Assembly (NCBI GenBank): GCA_951406725.2
Contig: OX597822.1
Coordinates: forward strand, 37,386,001 to 37,450,000
Source: Octopus vulgaris
Taxonomy: Eukaryota
Direction of reading: 5' to 3'
Length of the DNA: 64,000 bases
Shown: positions 40,505 through 54,959 of the stretch, one piece after another
How the letters are laid out: the number at the start of each line of letters is the position of its first letter
Numbering within the stretch: the first letter of the stretch is position 1
Program-made: the position numbers and the translations under genes
Notes under the pieces: generated by a model
Seen by the model: only the letters and a program-made list of their open reading frames with translations
The model's database searches: none
Told to the model about the DNA's origin: nothing

Positions 40505-43210
40505 ATTTATGTAGTCTCTTTCAAGTGTTGGGCCTCATGGAGGCAATGACCAGGACCTCTGGCATTATGTTGTGCTAGAGAAGACCCATCAAGCTGAGCA
40601 AAATCGCAGTTGTGGCAGATACCGGTGTCATGCCAATTGGCACCTGTGCCGGTGGTACGTAAAAGCACCCTGGTGTCATGCAAATGGCACCTGTACTGGT
40701 GGCATGTAAAAGCACTCATTATATTCTCGGAGTGGTTGGAGTTAGTAAGGGCATCAAGCCATAGAAAACTATGCCAAATCAGACTGGAGTCTGGGGCAGC
40801 CTTCCAGTGTATCAGCTCAGTCAAACTGTCCAACCCATGCCAGCATAGACAATGGACATTAAATGATGATGATGATGATGATGATCATCATCATCATTTA
40901 ACATCCGCTTTCCATGCTAGCATGGGTTGGATGATTTGACTGAGGACTGGCGAACCAGATGGCTGCACCAAGCTCCAATCTGATCCGGCAGAGTTTCTAC
41001 AGCTGGATGCCCTTCCTAATGCCAACCACTTCACTTTTCCATACTTGTATAGCTTAGACAGAATTTTGTTGAGGCAGATTTTCTACAGCCAGATGCCCTT
41101 CTTGTTACCAACTCTCACCTGTTTCCAAACAAGGTAATATTTCCCCGCATCCAGACATTTTTTTCACAGAATATTAGAAATGAAGGCCATCACTGCATGG
41201 CTGGCCAACATTTGTTTACAACTATCACATGCTGTCAAGGCAAGGAAACAGTAACGCACACACATCATCATCCTTATTATATAATGTCTGCTTTTTATGC
41301 TGGCATAGATTGGATGGTTTAACAGGCGCTGACCAGCCAGAAGACTGCACCAGGTTTCACTGTCTGTTTTGGCATAGTTTTTACAGCTTCTGTCTACTGG
41401 ATCCGCTCTTTAGGCTTTGGTCAGCTTGGGTCTAAAGTAAAAGGCATTTGCACTGATCTTCAAAAGTGTACAGCAACCAGTTGTAATGTTAACATTTATG
41501 TGTGTGTGTGTGTGTTTGTATGCATACACACACAATGGCATTCGACCATAGAAACCATACTAGAAAACACAATGGAGCCTGGTGTGAACCCTGGTCTTGC
41601 TTGCTCCTGTTGAAATCATCCAATCTATGCCAGCATGGAAAATGGGCATTAAATAATGATGATGATAGATATGTGTGCATACATATATATGATGTGCTCT
41701 GTATACATATCTATAGATCTATGATGATGTATATGTGTGTATGCATATATATGATGTTACTGTTGCCTACTTTGATGGTAGACTTACAGTGCCTGGTTTA
41801 ACATCACCACGTTGCCCCTCGAGTACCTTTAGCAAGGGACTCCACTCTGTTGCAGGTATTTAAGCCAGTTTGAGAATACCCACCTCCTTCCCACAAATCT
41901 TGGAGACTCTAAGAAAGGCGATGGGAACTACCCTTTGTCCCAAGTGAGAAATAATAAAAAAAATGTGTTTTTGAGAGTACAGTATTTTCTTCTTTACAAG
42001 GCCACTCCTATTAACTTTATCTATTTAATCTTGCATTTAAACCTATAATCCTGAACGTTTTAATGCACACACACGTGCACAGATACACACACACATTGGT
42101 TGTTGGTGTGGTAGTGGTGGTGGCTGTGAAGGTTGTTGTCAGATGGTATTTGTTCTGGTTCTCTGGTTTCTAAATGGTTGAATGGCACCCTTCATTCTTT
42201 TATTCTCCTTCCTCCTCCTTCAATAAAGAACTATCTGCTCTGCACATACACACACACCTGTCTTCTCAGATCATTCACTATGTAATTGCTATTGTGTGAG
42301 GTTCATTATCATGAAAAGTAGGAATAGTGGTGGTAGCGGTGGGGTTTAATCTAACGAAGTCTTTGCACAAAGCTGTTTTTGTTAACAGTGTAAAGGAATA
42401 CCTCCTACTTGATAATTGTGTGAAGGAGATAGACAATACGGAAAGAGCAATTGCAAATAAAAGGCAGAATGATGATAATATTAATAATAATGATAATTAA
42501 ATTGTAATAATAAACAAACAAAAGAGAAAAAAAAGGTAAAAAGGTTAGCTTCACTATTGTAAATCCATCTTTGTCTGAAAAGTTTGTGTTTTCCGAAGCA
42601 GAATAAGAATAGTTATACAAGATAGGATATTTTAGTGTATTTCTAAGTGACAGACAGAGCTAACTGGTGTATTGTTACAACTATCTCTCTCTCTGACTGT
42701 TGACTACTGCTGCTCTGTGTGTGTGTTGTCTTTCAGCTGGCCAGAGAATGTTTTTTACTTGGTGCTTCTAGTGTCCTTGGGAAAGGCATGAATACCACTA
42801 TTGCAACTTTGAATTTTCAACTTTCTTTCTCCCACTATCAGTATAAAGCATAATAACTGTTAAGAATCATCTATCTATCAATCTACTTTTTTCTTGTGTG
42901 TATGTATGTATGGAAAGAAAGTTTGATGGCTATTTTTAGCATACATGGGATCCATATAGTGATCTCTCATATTGTTTATATATATATTCTTGTATGCTTT
43001 TACTTGTTTCAATCATTTGACTGCAGCCATGCTGAGGCACCACCTTTAGTTGAACAAATCAACCCCAGGATTTATTCTTTGTAAGCTTAGTACTTATTCT
43101 GTCAGTCTCTTTTGCTGAACCACTATGTTATGAGGATGTAAACACACCAACATCAGTTGTCAGGTAATGATGGGGAGACAAACACAGACACACAAACACA
43201 AATATATGCA

Positions 43211-43255
<45 letters not shown>

Positions 43256-43453
43256 CATCATCATCGTTTAGCATCCGTTTTCCATGCTAGCATATATACG
43301 ATGGGCTTCTTTCCATCTATTAAATCCACCCACAAAGCTTTGGTCAGCCCAAGGCTATAGTAGAAGAAACTTGCCCAAGGTGGTATGCAGTGGGACTGAA
43401 CATGAAACCATGTGGTTGGGAAGCAAGCTTCTTACCACACAGCCATACCTGTG

Positions 43454-43496
<43 letters not shown>

Positions 43497-43823
43497 CCTT
43501 TTTCTTGTTTCATTCATTAGACTGTGACTAAGCTGGTACACCGCCTTGAAGAGTTTTAGTGAAACGAATCAACAGAACTTATTTTTAACACATGGTACTT
43601 ATTCTGTCAGTCTGTTTTGCTAAGTTACAGGGATGTAAACAAACCAACACTGATTATCAAGTGGTGGTGAGTGACAAACATGCACACACACATCATGTAT
43701 ATGTGAAAGGCTTCTTTCAGTTTCTGTCTACCAAATCTACTCACAAGGCTTTGGTTGGCCCAGGGTATCACATAATGGGACTGAACTCAGAACCATGGAA
43801 GCAAACTTCTTACCACTGTCATA

Positions 43824-43866
<43 letters not shown>

Positions 43867-44737
43867 TTTTATACAAAAGTATCATAAGTCCAAAAACGTT
43901 GCTTTTTCAGAAAATGCAAAAATAGTTTCACTACTCCATAGCAAAACAGTTAGGCTACATTTTGACAATTTTTGATATCTTGGCATCTGAAGCAGCTGGA
44001 GATATGATAGTTTAACCAAAAGAACTGGCTATAGCAAGCAAAAATAAACTTTGAAATAAATGCATTTGGCCAAATTTAGACATATGACATTTTAATATCA
44101 TAGCAATGATGTGTATATATATATATGTATTTATTTTGTTTGTTTTCCATGTTGGATGGGTTACCATGGCCTGAGTCTTTCCTTATTAGGAGTTGTTGCC
44201 CTTCTGGCTTGGGGCCTATGACATGTCTTGCACATATGCTCCATTTTTGGCATGGTTCATGTATGTATGTATGTGTATGTATTAACGTATTGACCAGACT
44301 ATCAGATGTTATACACAACTAGTCACAATGCACTTCCTCACATTGTTGTAGTTTTTGAATGATGCTACCCTGGTGGCAAGTTGGGCAGGTCAACATTTCC
44401 CCTGAATAGAAAGCCAGCCTATCACAGGGTTATTCATTAATAGCCGAGCAGACAGGAATAATGTGAAATGAAGCGTCTTACTCAAAAACAGAATGCACTG
44501 CTCAGACGAGGAATCAAAACCATAATCTAACCATTAGGCCATGCACCTACACATGTGTGTGTTGAGTTATAGTATACTCTGTTAAAAATGTAGAGTATGG
44601 TATAAAGCTTGTCCACCATCAGATTTACCCTGTGTTATCCAGTAGTAGCATTATATGTACTTCCAGATTTGCATTTGGGCATCCGTCATGTGAGAATAGA
44701 TACTTGAAAAAATTGGAGTCAACAAGGAATACGGTTA

Positions 44738-44979
44738 AATATTTATTTTATAATCACTACAATTGTTTCCATGCAACGTAGTTCTCCAGGTACGCAGGTA
44801 CTTGAAGAGAGAATGTTCTTGAGGCCTAGAATTTGAACTTACGGAGACAATCTTTACGTACCGCCTGAGGAAACACAACTAGATCTCATAATGCAGGGAG
44901 GCGGTTGCATTATCAAGTACCTGAACGCCTAGAGAACTACATTGCATGGAAGCAATTGTAGTGACTAAAATATAAATTT
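44738..44979. repeat. Inverted repeat (~67-bp arms) containing the 3' half of a hammerhead-like motif
   Basis: TCACTACAATTGTTTCCATGCAACGTAGTTCTC...CAGGTACTTGA pairs with TCAAGTACCTG...GAGAACTACATTGCATGGAAGCAATTGTAGTGA. Confidence 0.85.
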
Positions 44980-45106
44980 CCAACTGTCCTCTTTCTTAAT
45001 GACTCCAATTTTTTCTCTCTCTCTCTCTCTCTCTTTATGACCTCGTGAGTACCGTTGGTGATTTTTTTCCTCTGTCTTCCCTTCTCTGGATCTTTCCTTC
45101 TCCTAT

Positions 45107-45141
45107 GTTTCCGACGAAGAGCTCCGCTCAAAACGTTAAAC
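45107..45141 (+). ncRNA. Decayed hammerhead-like motif in a Penelope-like terminal remnant (about 45035-45250) ending in (TA)n
   Basis: GTTT-CCGACGA-A-GAGC-TCC-GCTC-AAAACGT-T-AAAC: stems I-III are intact; G12-to-A (CpG decay) and U4-to-C changes. Confidence 0.5.
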
Positions 45142-45926
45142 CCTCCTTCTTCCCTTCTTTCCTGAGCGTCCAATAATACTATATTTGTTCCACGTCCTCG
45201 CGTTGTTGTGTTTTTTTGTTTTTTTATGTTTTCTTGTTTGGATTAACTATATATATATATATATATAATGTGGAGGTGCAATGGCCCAGTGGTTAGGGTA
45301 GTGGACTCGTGGTCGTGGAATTGCAGTTTCAATTCCCAGACCGGGCGTTGTGAGTGTTTATTGAGTGAAAACACCTAAAACTAAACGAGGCTCCAGCAGG
45401 GGGTGGTGGTGAACCCTGCTGTACTCTTTCACCACAACTTTCTCTCACTCTTTCTTCCTTGTTTCTGTTGTACTTGTATTTCAAAGGGTCAGCCTTGTCA
45501 CACTGTCAAGTTGAATCTCCCCAAGAACTACATTAAGGGTATACATGCCTGTGGAGTGCTCAGCCACTGACATGTTAATTTCACGAGCAGGATGTTCTGT
45601 TGATCGGATCAACTGGTACCCTCATCGTCGTAACCGATGGAGTGCCACGGTATATATATATCTATATATACATACACACATAGTATTTCTACATATGTAG
45701 ACAAATACAGGTGTATATATGTACAATAAGTGCTATGTAAGATACATATGTGTGATGTGAAAGATAAGAACTAGAAGCTTAGAGGAGTGATGAAAAGAAA
45801 CTTCATCTTGAAATAAATTAGTAAACCCTACAATTTCTAATGAATAAATCCGATTGTAGGATTTATTCTTTTATTTTGAGATGTGGTTTCCATTCAACTC
45901 TGAGCTTCTTGTTAAATTTTTCACTA

Positions 45927-45986
<60 letters not shown>

Positions 45987-47234
45987 CACACATGCAGACA
46001 CATATACACACATGCAGACATATGTGCACAAATACACACATATGCATGTACACATGCATATCTATTTTACACATAGTTCATCATTGCACATATACAAAAT
46101 ACTAAATAATGTATGTAGATATATACACACACACTCCGAAGCGCATACACTTTCACACACTTGCACTTTCATGCACAGTCACACATGCACTCGCACATAC
46201 AGACACGCATGCACTCATACATTCACACACACTTGTGCATACACACTCTCACTCTCTTCCCCCTCCTCCACATTTTATAGTCTTTACTAGTTCTTTATTC
46301 AATATGTCTCGATTCAGCATGTCTGTCCACAACAAATGATATATAATAACTGCAAATAGTGACAATGGCAATTGTCCTGAGTCATCAATTATTTTAGTGC
46401 AAAACCAATTCTGTTCCCTATTTGAATCTGCCTGCCTTGATGTTTAAAGGATCACCATCCATATTGTTGTATCCATCATTTATGCAGCACCCTGATTGGT
46501 TAGCTGACAGCTGGCTGGTTGGTTGGTAGGTTGGTAGGTGTTGCGTTACTTAGGGGGCTCTGCAGTCAGCTGTTTTGTCTATGTTGGGCTTTTACATGTT
46601 GATACTGTATAGTAGCAGCAAGCAGTTCCCTGCTACAGCTGTTTTTATACCACAACAGACACTCATTAATGCATACACACACATATACACAAACATATGT
46701 ACACATTGGTTAATGTGCAAACATACACCAGCAGATAGATTAACACATTAGTTCATGCACAGACCATATGTAAATATTGTATGGAAATATATACACACAC
46801 ACACACGCACGCAGCAGGACACAAACATATACTCATTGTTTCATATGTATACATGCACACACTCAGTCACACACTCACATACATACATGGAAATTTAAGG
46901 TTCATCTTCAGCTTTGAATATTTCATTGCTGTTAGTTCTGGAGTAAAGTCATGAATGACACTTTCACATTTCTATTTTCAATGATTTTGGGTAGCCTTGC
47001 TATATATCAACAATATTTTGTAATTAATATAATTCAGTACTTGTGATGTCTCACAAATGACTCCAAGAACCTAGTTCTTAGTAACGCAGTGGTACCATTA
47101 ATAAAATATATGTATCAAATGTAACGTGAACTCCGCCACCCTCATCACAGATTACCTGTTCAAAAGAACAGTAATTCTGAATAAGAGCTGATACAGGATG
47201 AGAGGGGAGTCTGGTTGCATGTTAAAAATATACA

Positions 47235-47665
47235 CAGGCATGGCTGTGTGGTAGGAAGCTTGTTTCCCAACCACATGGTTCCGGGTTCATTCCCACTGCG
47301 TGGCACCTTCGGCAAGTATCTGCTACTATAACCTCGGGCTGACCAAAGCTTTGTGAGTGGATTTGGTAGATGGAAACTGAAAGAAGCCTGTTGTGTATGT
47401 ATGTGTGTGTGCGTGTATGTATGTATATATATCTATGTGTGTATGTCTTTGTGTCTGTGTTTGTCTGCCCATCACTGCTTGACAACTGGTGTTGGTGTGT
47501 TTATGTCCCCTGTAACCTAGCAGTTTGGCAAAAGAGACTGATAAAATAAGTACTAGGCTTGGAAAAAAAAACATGTCCTGGCGTTGATTTATTCAACTAA
47601 AAACCTTTCGAGGCAATGCTCCAGCATGGTCATAGTCAAATGACTAAAACATGTAAAAGAATAAA
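47235..47665 (+). mobile_element. Representative of the most abundant tRNA-derived SINE family, with an internal (TG/TA)n tract
   Basis: Head GGCTGTGTGGTAAGAAGCTTG...GGTTCAGTCCCAC...CCTTGGGCAAG and tail CCAGCATGGCCGCAGTC...GACTGAAAC (consensus read by eye). Further copies near 1(-), 1157, 4617(-), 16945(-), 25168(-), 32200(-), 37045(-), 42997(-), 43495(-), 48487, 49432, 57095 and 59185. Confidence 0.85.
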
Positions 47666-47811
47666 AGCAAGTCCACACAGTACGATAGTCACAGCAACAA
47701 AGTTTTTATTTTTCCCTGTTGGTGTGTTTGTGAGATATGAACTACAGTTGGATGGTGATTCCCATCCTATCAACAGCAGCATTGGGAAAAGGATATAACG
47801 AGGGGGATGTG

Positions 47812-47863
<52 letters not shown>

Positions 47864-48009
47864 CATATATAAATAAAGCATGTTGGATTTAGGTTGTTTT
47901 TGCCCTTGCTCCCTTACTATAATTATATACATATGTATATTATTATTAATTTAATGTATAAATTACCTTAAAATTTTTATAGCATAAAAATCGTGATTTT
48001 TATCTTTAT

Positions 48010-48071
<62 letters not shown>

Positions 48072-49290
48072 GGTGTGATAAGTGTGTGTCTCAACCACAT
48101 CATCTTGAATTCAGTCCCACTGTGTGGAACATTGGGCAAGTGTCATCTATTACATCCCTGTGCTGACCAAAGGCTTGTGAATGGAAACTGAAAGAAACCT
48201 GTTATGTGTGTGTGTATACACACATATACATAAATATATGTGTGCATGTGTGTGTTAGTCTCGTTGCTTTGACTGCACGTGATAGTTGTAAACAAATGCC
48301 ACTTTCATGGAAGTGGTTCCCTTCATTTCTGATCTTCTGTGAAAAACAATACCTGGTTATGAGGAATATCCCCTAACTTGGAAACAAGTGAGGGTTGACA
48401 ATAGGAAGGGCATCCAGCTGTAGAAAATACCCTCGACAAATTTCATCCAACCCTTGCAAGCATGGAAAAGTAGAAGTTAAAATGATAGTGGCTGTGTGGT
48501 AAGTAGCTTGCTTACCAATCACATGGTTGCAGGTACAGTCCTATTGCATGACACCTTGGGCAAGCCTCAAGCCGACCAAATCCTTGTGAGTGGATTTGGT
48601 AGATAGAAACTGAAAGAAGCCTGTTGTATATATGTATATATATATATATCTATCATATATATATATGTGTGTGTTTGTCCACCCAGCATTGCTTGACAAC
48701 CGATGCTGGTGTGTTTACGTCCCTGTAACATTAGTGGGTCGGCAAAAGAGACCAATAGAATAAGTATTAGGCTTACAAAGAGTAAGTCCTGGCGATGGCT
48801 GCAGTCAAATGACTGAAACAAATAAAAGAATGTGTATCTAGAGACCACATGCAGGGTGGAAACTAGTGTGTACATAGCACTGACAAAAACAGACCTTTGA
48901 GATGTATTCATTATGCATTTACCATGTCTGGTATTAGGACAATACTTTTTGCCTTTGGTAGCATGCAAGAACATTGATATAAATGTACACACACATGCAT
49001 ATACATGTGTTCATACATGCACATATTCACACACACTCTTCATTCCAGCCAATTATACAAATGGAAATTATTTTATGTGCTCTGAATAATTAACTATAAT
49101 TAAAGAATCTGTTTGTGTTAGTCTGATTAGATCTTGAGAATGGTGAACTTTACCATTTCAATACCAAATGGTTATTCAGAAATTCAATGATGATTCAGTC
49201 CTGCGGCTAAAACTCCCTCAAAACAGATCTTTACCATCTTGCAAATTGCAAAGTTAGCATACTTGTTAAATTTTAGGACAGCATGTCTGT

Positions 49291-49820
49291 TTTAGCTCTT
49301 TAGTAGTTAAACCAGCCATATCCAGTCCAAATCAGCCAGATCTGGACTCTCACTCCTGCCTATGATGTAATTCTAAAAATATACAATCACATCATTCAAA
49401 TCTTAAAGGTATGAGATAATGCGTAATTAAAAGGCATGGCTGTGTAGTAAGAAGCTTGTTTCCCGACTACATAGCTTCAGGTTCAGTTCCACTGCATAGT
49501 ACCTAGGGTATGTGTCTTCTAATATAACCTTGGGTCGACCAAAGCCTTGTGAGTGGATTTGGTAGATGTAAACTGGAAGAAACTTCTCGTGTGTGTGTGT
49601 GTGTGTTTGTTACTCCTCCCACTGTTTGACAACTGGTGTCAGTGTGTTTGCATCCCTGTAACTTAGCTGTTTGGTACAAAAGACCAATAGAGTAAGTACC
49701 AGGCTTAAAATTGAAGGTGGTGCCCCAGCATGGCTGCAGTCTAATGACTGAAACAAGTAAAAGATAAAAGATAAAACAAGTATTAGATTTGATAGAGGGA
49801 TCTGAATGCTAAAGGATTAA
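49291..49820. mobile_element. Decayed piggyBac-type MITE interrupted by a tRNA-derived SINE (about 49432-49775)
   Basis: Left end TTAGCTCTTTAG and right end CTAAAGGATTAA flank a full SINE copy. Confidence 0.45.
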
Positions 49821-52645
49821 AGACTGAATGCTGAGATAATCATTAAGTTTCCGGAGAATGAAGTAGAAGAATGGTAAATTTTATCTCAGCTTCATCTGCT
49901 GGAGGAATTGAACCTGGGACTGCTAAGCCTATGGGACACTTGTGAATTCTACTCTACTGCCACTGGCAAACTGTGTCATCGTATAGTACATTGATAGAGA
50001 GCTAGTTTTCAAAGATAGGTAGAATAATCATGGGTGACACATGTTTGGCCATAGATTATCTGATCTACAGTGTAAACAACAGTAATCTACTAGCAATCTA
50101 ATAGCAAAGTGGAATTAGGCCTTGAGAGATAAGTGTCTCAGCCACAACTATACTGTAATAGAATATAAATTGACAAAACCTTGGTTGATTGTTCAGTAAC
50201 TGGCTTTATTCAGCCATTTGTGATCCTGGGTGTGTTACTTATATATTTGTTAGATACAAGGATGGGTGTATGGTTAAGAAGATTGCTTCCCACCTATGTG
50301 ATCTTGGGTTTAGTCCACTCTATAGCACCTTGGCTGACTGATGCCTTGTAAGTGGATTTGGTAGAGAGAAACTAAAAGAAGCCTGTTCCTCAACAAATTC
50401 TATCTGATCCATGCAAGCATGAAAAAGTGGCTGTTTAATGATGTTGATGTTAATTAATTTCCAAGTCTGCCCTCATCTAACAGACCTCTGATTAAAGCTG
50501 TTGCTTTGACCACCTCATGTTTTTCAAAACTTATGTTCCAATATCTCCTTTAAATAAAGACTATAGGATGTGAGTTGGGGGAGATACTACTGCTATTTCT
50601 CTAGCTGGTTGCATGACTATACAGAGGCTTCCTCATTGGCTTAACTAATATAATTAAAACAGGATGGTTGAGAGCTAGAAACTGTAAAGTATACGATTAA
50701 ATGTCTTGTAGAGTTTAGTCATGTGTATGTTCTGAGTTCAAATGTTGTGGAAACCAATTTTGCAGGTCTTTCATTCAGAATCAATGAAATAATGTACACA
50801 GTAGTTTATTGGTATAAATTTAATTGATCACCCTTGCTATTTCCTTACACATGGCCAGCAATTTTTTTTTTTTTCGGTGGGGGGAAAGGGTTACTTGATT
50901 ATATCAACCTCAGTACGTGACTGCTATTTCATTTTATCCTCAGTGGAATTTGACTGTAATGGACTGGAAGAAATATTGCAAAGCATTTTTTTCCCACACT
51001 AACAATTCTGCCAAATCACTGGCCTAAAAATAACATCCATTTTCTATGCTGGAATCAGCTGTAAGGTTCATTATGGTCCAAGTCAGTTCTTATTCAGAGC
51101 TACTGTTCTCTTAGAAATGATTGAATAACCTTGTTTTACTTGGTTGTTTTGGTTTTTTGATGATTTGATGACCTATTTGCAGAATGAATGAGGTAATTTT
51201 TAGCATCTTAGGTTCCTACAGGCCACGAGGAGTCTCCAAGTAATTGCTTTACCTATGAAAAACAGCAAATATCCTCAAATCACACCGTGCCTTCTAAAAA
51301 AAGTATGGCTACATTGATCTGTATTGTCATAGAGGTACAAAACAATGTTACAGCCGGAAAATCTTTGATCATAGGTCTACTTCATTAGAGCTGACCTGGG
51401 GCTAAACAATGACTGTCTGGGTATGCTGAACCTATCTGGGTTGTAGTAAATTTTAATCCAAATTAAAAGATGTGTAAAAACGAAAAACAAAAAAAAATGC
51501 AACACCTGATGACTGTCTGAGACTATTGCACTGGTTACAGTGTGGTGTCAATAATGACAGAAAAGATAAAATTAACAATTTGATTAATTTCTATTATAGT
51601 TACTGTCTTTGCTTTATTTGTGTAATTTATGTAATTGTTTCAGTGGATTGGTTTGATTATTAAACAGAATCAACTCATTAACTTTGATTGGCCAATACAC
51701 TCTGTAAGAGAACAATTGACAATTGTAAAAGATCTAGTCACTCCTGCCTTTTGTCAGAGCTTTGAAGCTGGTTGACTTAGTTAAACTATAATCTTCTCTC
51801 TCTCCCTCTCTCTCAAACACTAAGTGTTATCTGTGATGACAGCTGTGTGGTTTAATATTGGATCAGTTTTGTAGGGATTTATTGGAGTGAATTTCTAATA
51901 AAGGGCTACAGTGGACAGGATTGCCAGAGAACAATGACTCAGTAGAGTGAGTTTTTTTAAAGAAGATTGAGAGAGCTACTGTAGCATGTATTATGATGAC
52001 ACAGTTGCTAATCATCATCATCATTACCACATATAAACAGTCCCTTTAATCACTATTATTTTGCCTTGTATTGAACCTTTAAGTAAGGCTTTTTACTATT
52101 ACTAATCTGAAAATTGCTTAAATACCATCCAGTGGTATTGAATGTGTTTATACTGGATTAAAGACCTTGAACAGTACAAGTTTGAATACCCCTCTTGCCA
52201 TCATGAACTCCTTGAGCAAGGCCCATAACTTGCTTTGGCATGCCCATCCAAAAAACAGGTCCTATTAGTCATCATTGACTGACCTGCTTGATATAGAAAA
52301 GGTTACAGACAAACTACATGCAAGAAAAAAAAAAACATGTAAAGATAGAGCTTACTATTAACACATCTGTTTTTTGATTTAACTAATGCCATTTAAGTAA
52401 CCAGTGTATTACTGGTTTCTATTTTGCATGCTTCTTTCTTGTTTTACTTTAGACATGACAGTCAGAACCTCGGTTAGGCATTGAACTCAGAAAGGCATAG
52501 TTTTAATCCCATTAACATTTACATCAGACCATCCATCTTCCTTCTGTCTTGGTCATGACCACAGCTGGTTTTCATACACACACACACACACACACACACT
52601 TTATTACATCTTTAGTGAATGACATTAACTAATGGAAATGTCACC

Positions 52646-53652
52646 ATGAAAGGTTGCTGAATAAAGAAAATGAATGGGAGAGAGTCTGCTGAATGTCGAA
52701 TCAACAGAGGGACCAGTTATCCGAATTGACAGTACCTTGGTAGATAAAGGAATTAAGACAGGGAAAGTCCCCAGCCCATCAGGAATCACTGCAGAGATGC
52801 TCAAAATATATGGCAGTGTTGGTTATGGTCTAGTCACCCGTATAGTTAACCAGGTGATACACAAAGGAGTCATACCCAATGACTGGTGTAGCAGCACCAT
52901 AGTCAACTGCTACAAAGCTAAAGGTGATGCTTTAGATACAAATAATTACAAAGGTATCAAGTTGTTGGCCCAAGTAATGAAGGTCACGGAGAGGGTCATA
53001 GCCCAATTAATTAGGGAGAGGGTCAGTTTAGATGAGATGCAGTTTGGGTTCATGCCGAGGAAAAACACCACTGATGCTATATTTCTGGTAAGACAGCTGC
53101 TGGAGAAATGCCTAGCCAAAGATAAACCTCTGTACCTGGCTTTCATTGACATGGAGAAAGCCTTTGATAGGGTCCCCTGATTCTTTATCTGGTGGTCAAT
53201 GAGGAAACTAGGAATAAATGAATGGTTAGTGCAAGCTGTGCAAGCCATGTACAGGGAAGCTGTCAGTAAGGTAAGGGTTGGCGATGAGTACAGTGAAGAA
53301 TTCCGGGTAGGGGTCTACCAAGGTTCAGTCCTAAGCCCCCTCATATTTATCATAGTCCTTCAGGCAATAACAGAGGAATTCAAGACAGGATGCCCCTGGG
53401 TGCTCCTCTATGCTGATGACCTTGCTCTAATTGCCGAGTCACTATCAGAACTAGAGAAGGTTTAGGTGTGGACACAAGGATTAGAATCGAAGGGCCTTTG
53501 AGTCAACCTAGCTAAAACCAAAGTCCTAATAAGTAGGAAGGTGGACAAACCACAAATCCCTTCAGGTAGATGGCCCTGCTCAATCTATAGAAAAGGTGTA
53601 GGTAGAAACTTTATAAGATGTACCTAGTGTAAGCTATGGACACATAAGAGGT
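52646..53652 (+). mobile_element. RTE-clade LINE reverse transcriptase fragment (disrupted)
   Basis: ORFs 52674-53180 and 53199-53465 carry RT motifs (QFGFMP, FIDMEKAFDRVP, GVYQGSVLSP, LLYADDL) followed by a WPC..KGVG..C..CKLWTHKR Cys-rich segment; stops and frameshifts present. Confidence 0.93.
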
Positions 53653-54959
53653 ATTATTTTTCTACCTGGGTCAACTGTGCCTTTCATTCTTTTGATAAAA
53701 CAAGTACCAATCGCATTCTGGGATCAGTACTAATATCTTCCACCAAAATACGGCATAGCTAGAGTGTGTTCCACCCGGAGAAGCCCTTCCATTTGGTCCC
53801 CGCAAAAAACATATTGCATACAGCAGACCCCAAAGTGGTGCTCCATTAAAAGTGCCACTCAGGGCGGACTGCTGCTACCCTCCCACTTGCTACTATAGTG
53901 CTTGTACCTAGATTAGGATTTAGTCTAGTTTTAAATTATCACTGGGTTGGTTGGAAATTTGTAAGGGCAACATAAATACTTAACTTTTGCTCAACCCCCA
54001 GCACATGACTAGTACTATTTTCTCATTGATTCTGGAGTTATGTTGGTTCTTGCAGGATTTAATGCCATTAATAATAGTCATCATCATTTAACATCCATTT
54101 TCTATGCTGATATGAATTAGATGGTTTGACAGGAGCTGGCAAACCAGAAAACTTTGACTAATTCTACACTGTCTGCTTTCGCATGGTTTCTATGGCTGAA
54201 TGCCCCCACTCCCCAATGCCAACCACTTTATGCAGCATCCTGTGTGCTTTTTACATGGAAACAGCACCTGCAAGGTAACCAAGTAACTTGCAAGATATGA
54301 CCCCCTCAGCTGAAGGAGGACTAGTATTGAAAGTGTTGGTTTTGTACCAGGTGATGATTGGTGAGAGTAACATAGAAAAATAGAAACAGGTGTCTTGCTG
54401 TGTCTTGCTACCCCAATTGAAAGAAGCTGCTGGGTAATACAATATGCTTAGTGGCATTTCATCCATCTTTATGTTCTGAGTTTAATCAGCTGGGGTCAAC
54501 TTTGCCTTTCATCCTTTTGGGATCGATGAAATAAATACCAGTTGTTTTGGAGTTGATGTAATTGACTTACCCTTCCCTGTGAAATTGCTGGGCTTGTGCC
54601 AAAATTTGAAACCAGTATTAGTAGCTATAGTTAATGTTTAGTGCTAGGTCAGTTCTATTTCTGCAAGCCTATAATGCTGATCTTGCTTTTTATTCCGATA
54701 CAATATATCTCGGATTATGTTCTCTGTGACCTTTTGTTGTTAGTGTGTTTTAAGAAAGATTTGGCTGTTATTTCTAACATGAGTTATTGGCTTCGTAGTA
54801 TCCCTCATTGACTGTGTCTGAGTCTGTTCTGTTGACCAGTGAGGCTGTAATTATAGCTGAGTCTTGGAATACATGAATATATTTTGTCTGATTCCATCAC
54901 TTCCTGTTAGCGTTACTTTAGTCTTCCTTTATTTAATAATATACACAAATCAATGACTA

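Noticed and set aside
42389-42500. Exon-like stretch VKEYLLLDNCVKEIDNTERAIANKRQ after an AACAG acceptor
   Set aside because: Phase 2 is incompatible with the phase-0 LRRFIP donor, there is no LRRFIP similarity, and it runs into an AAT repeat.
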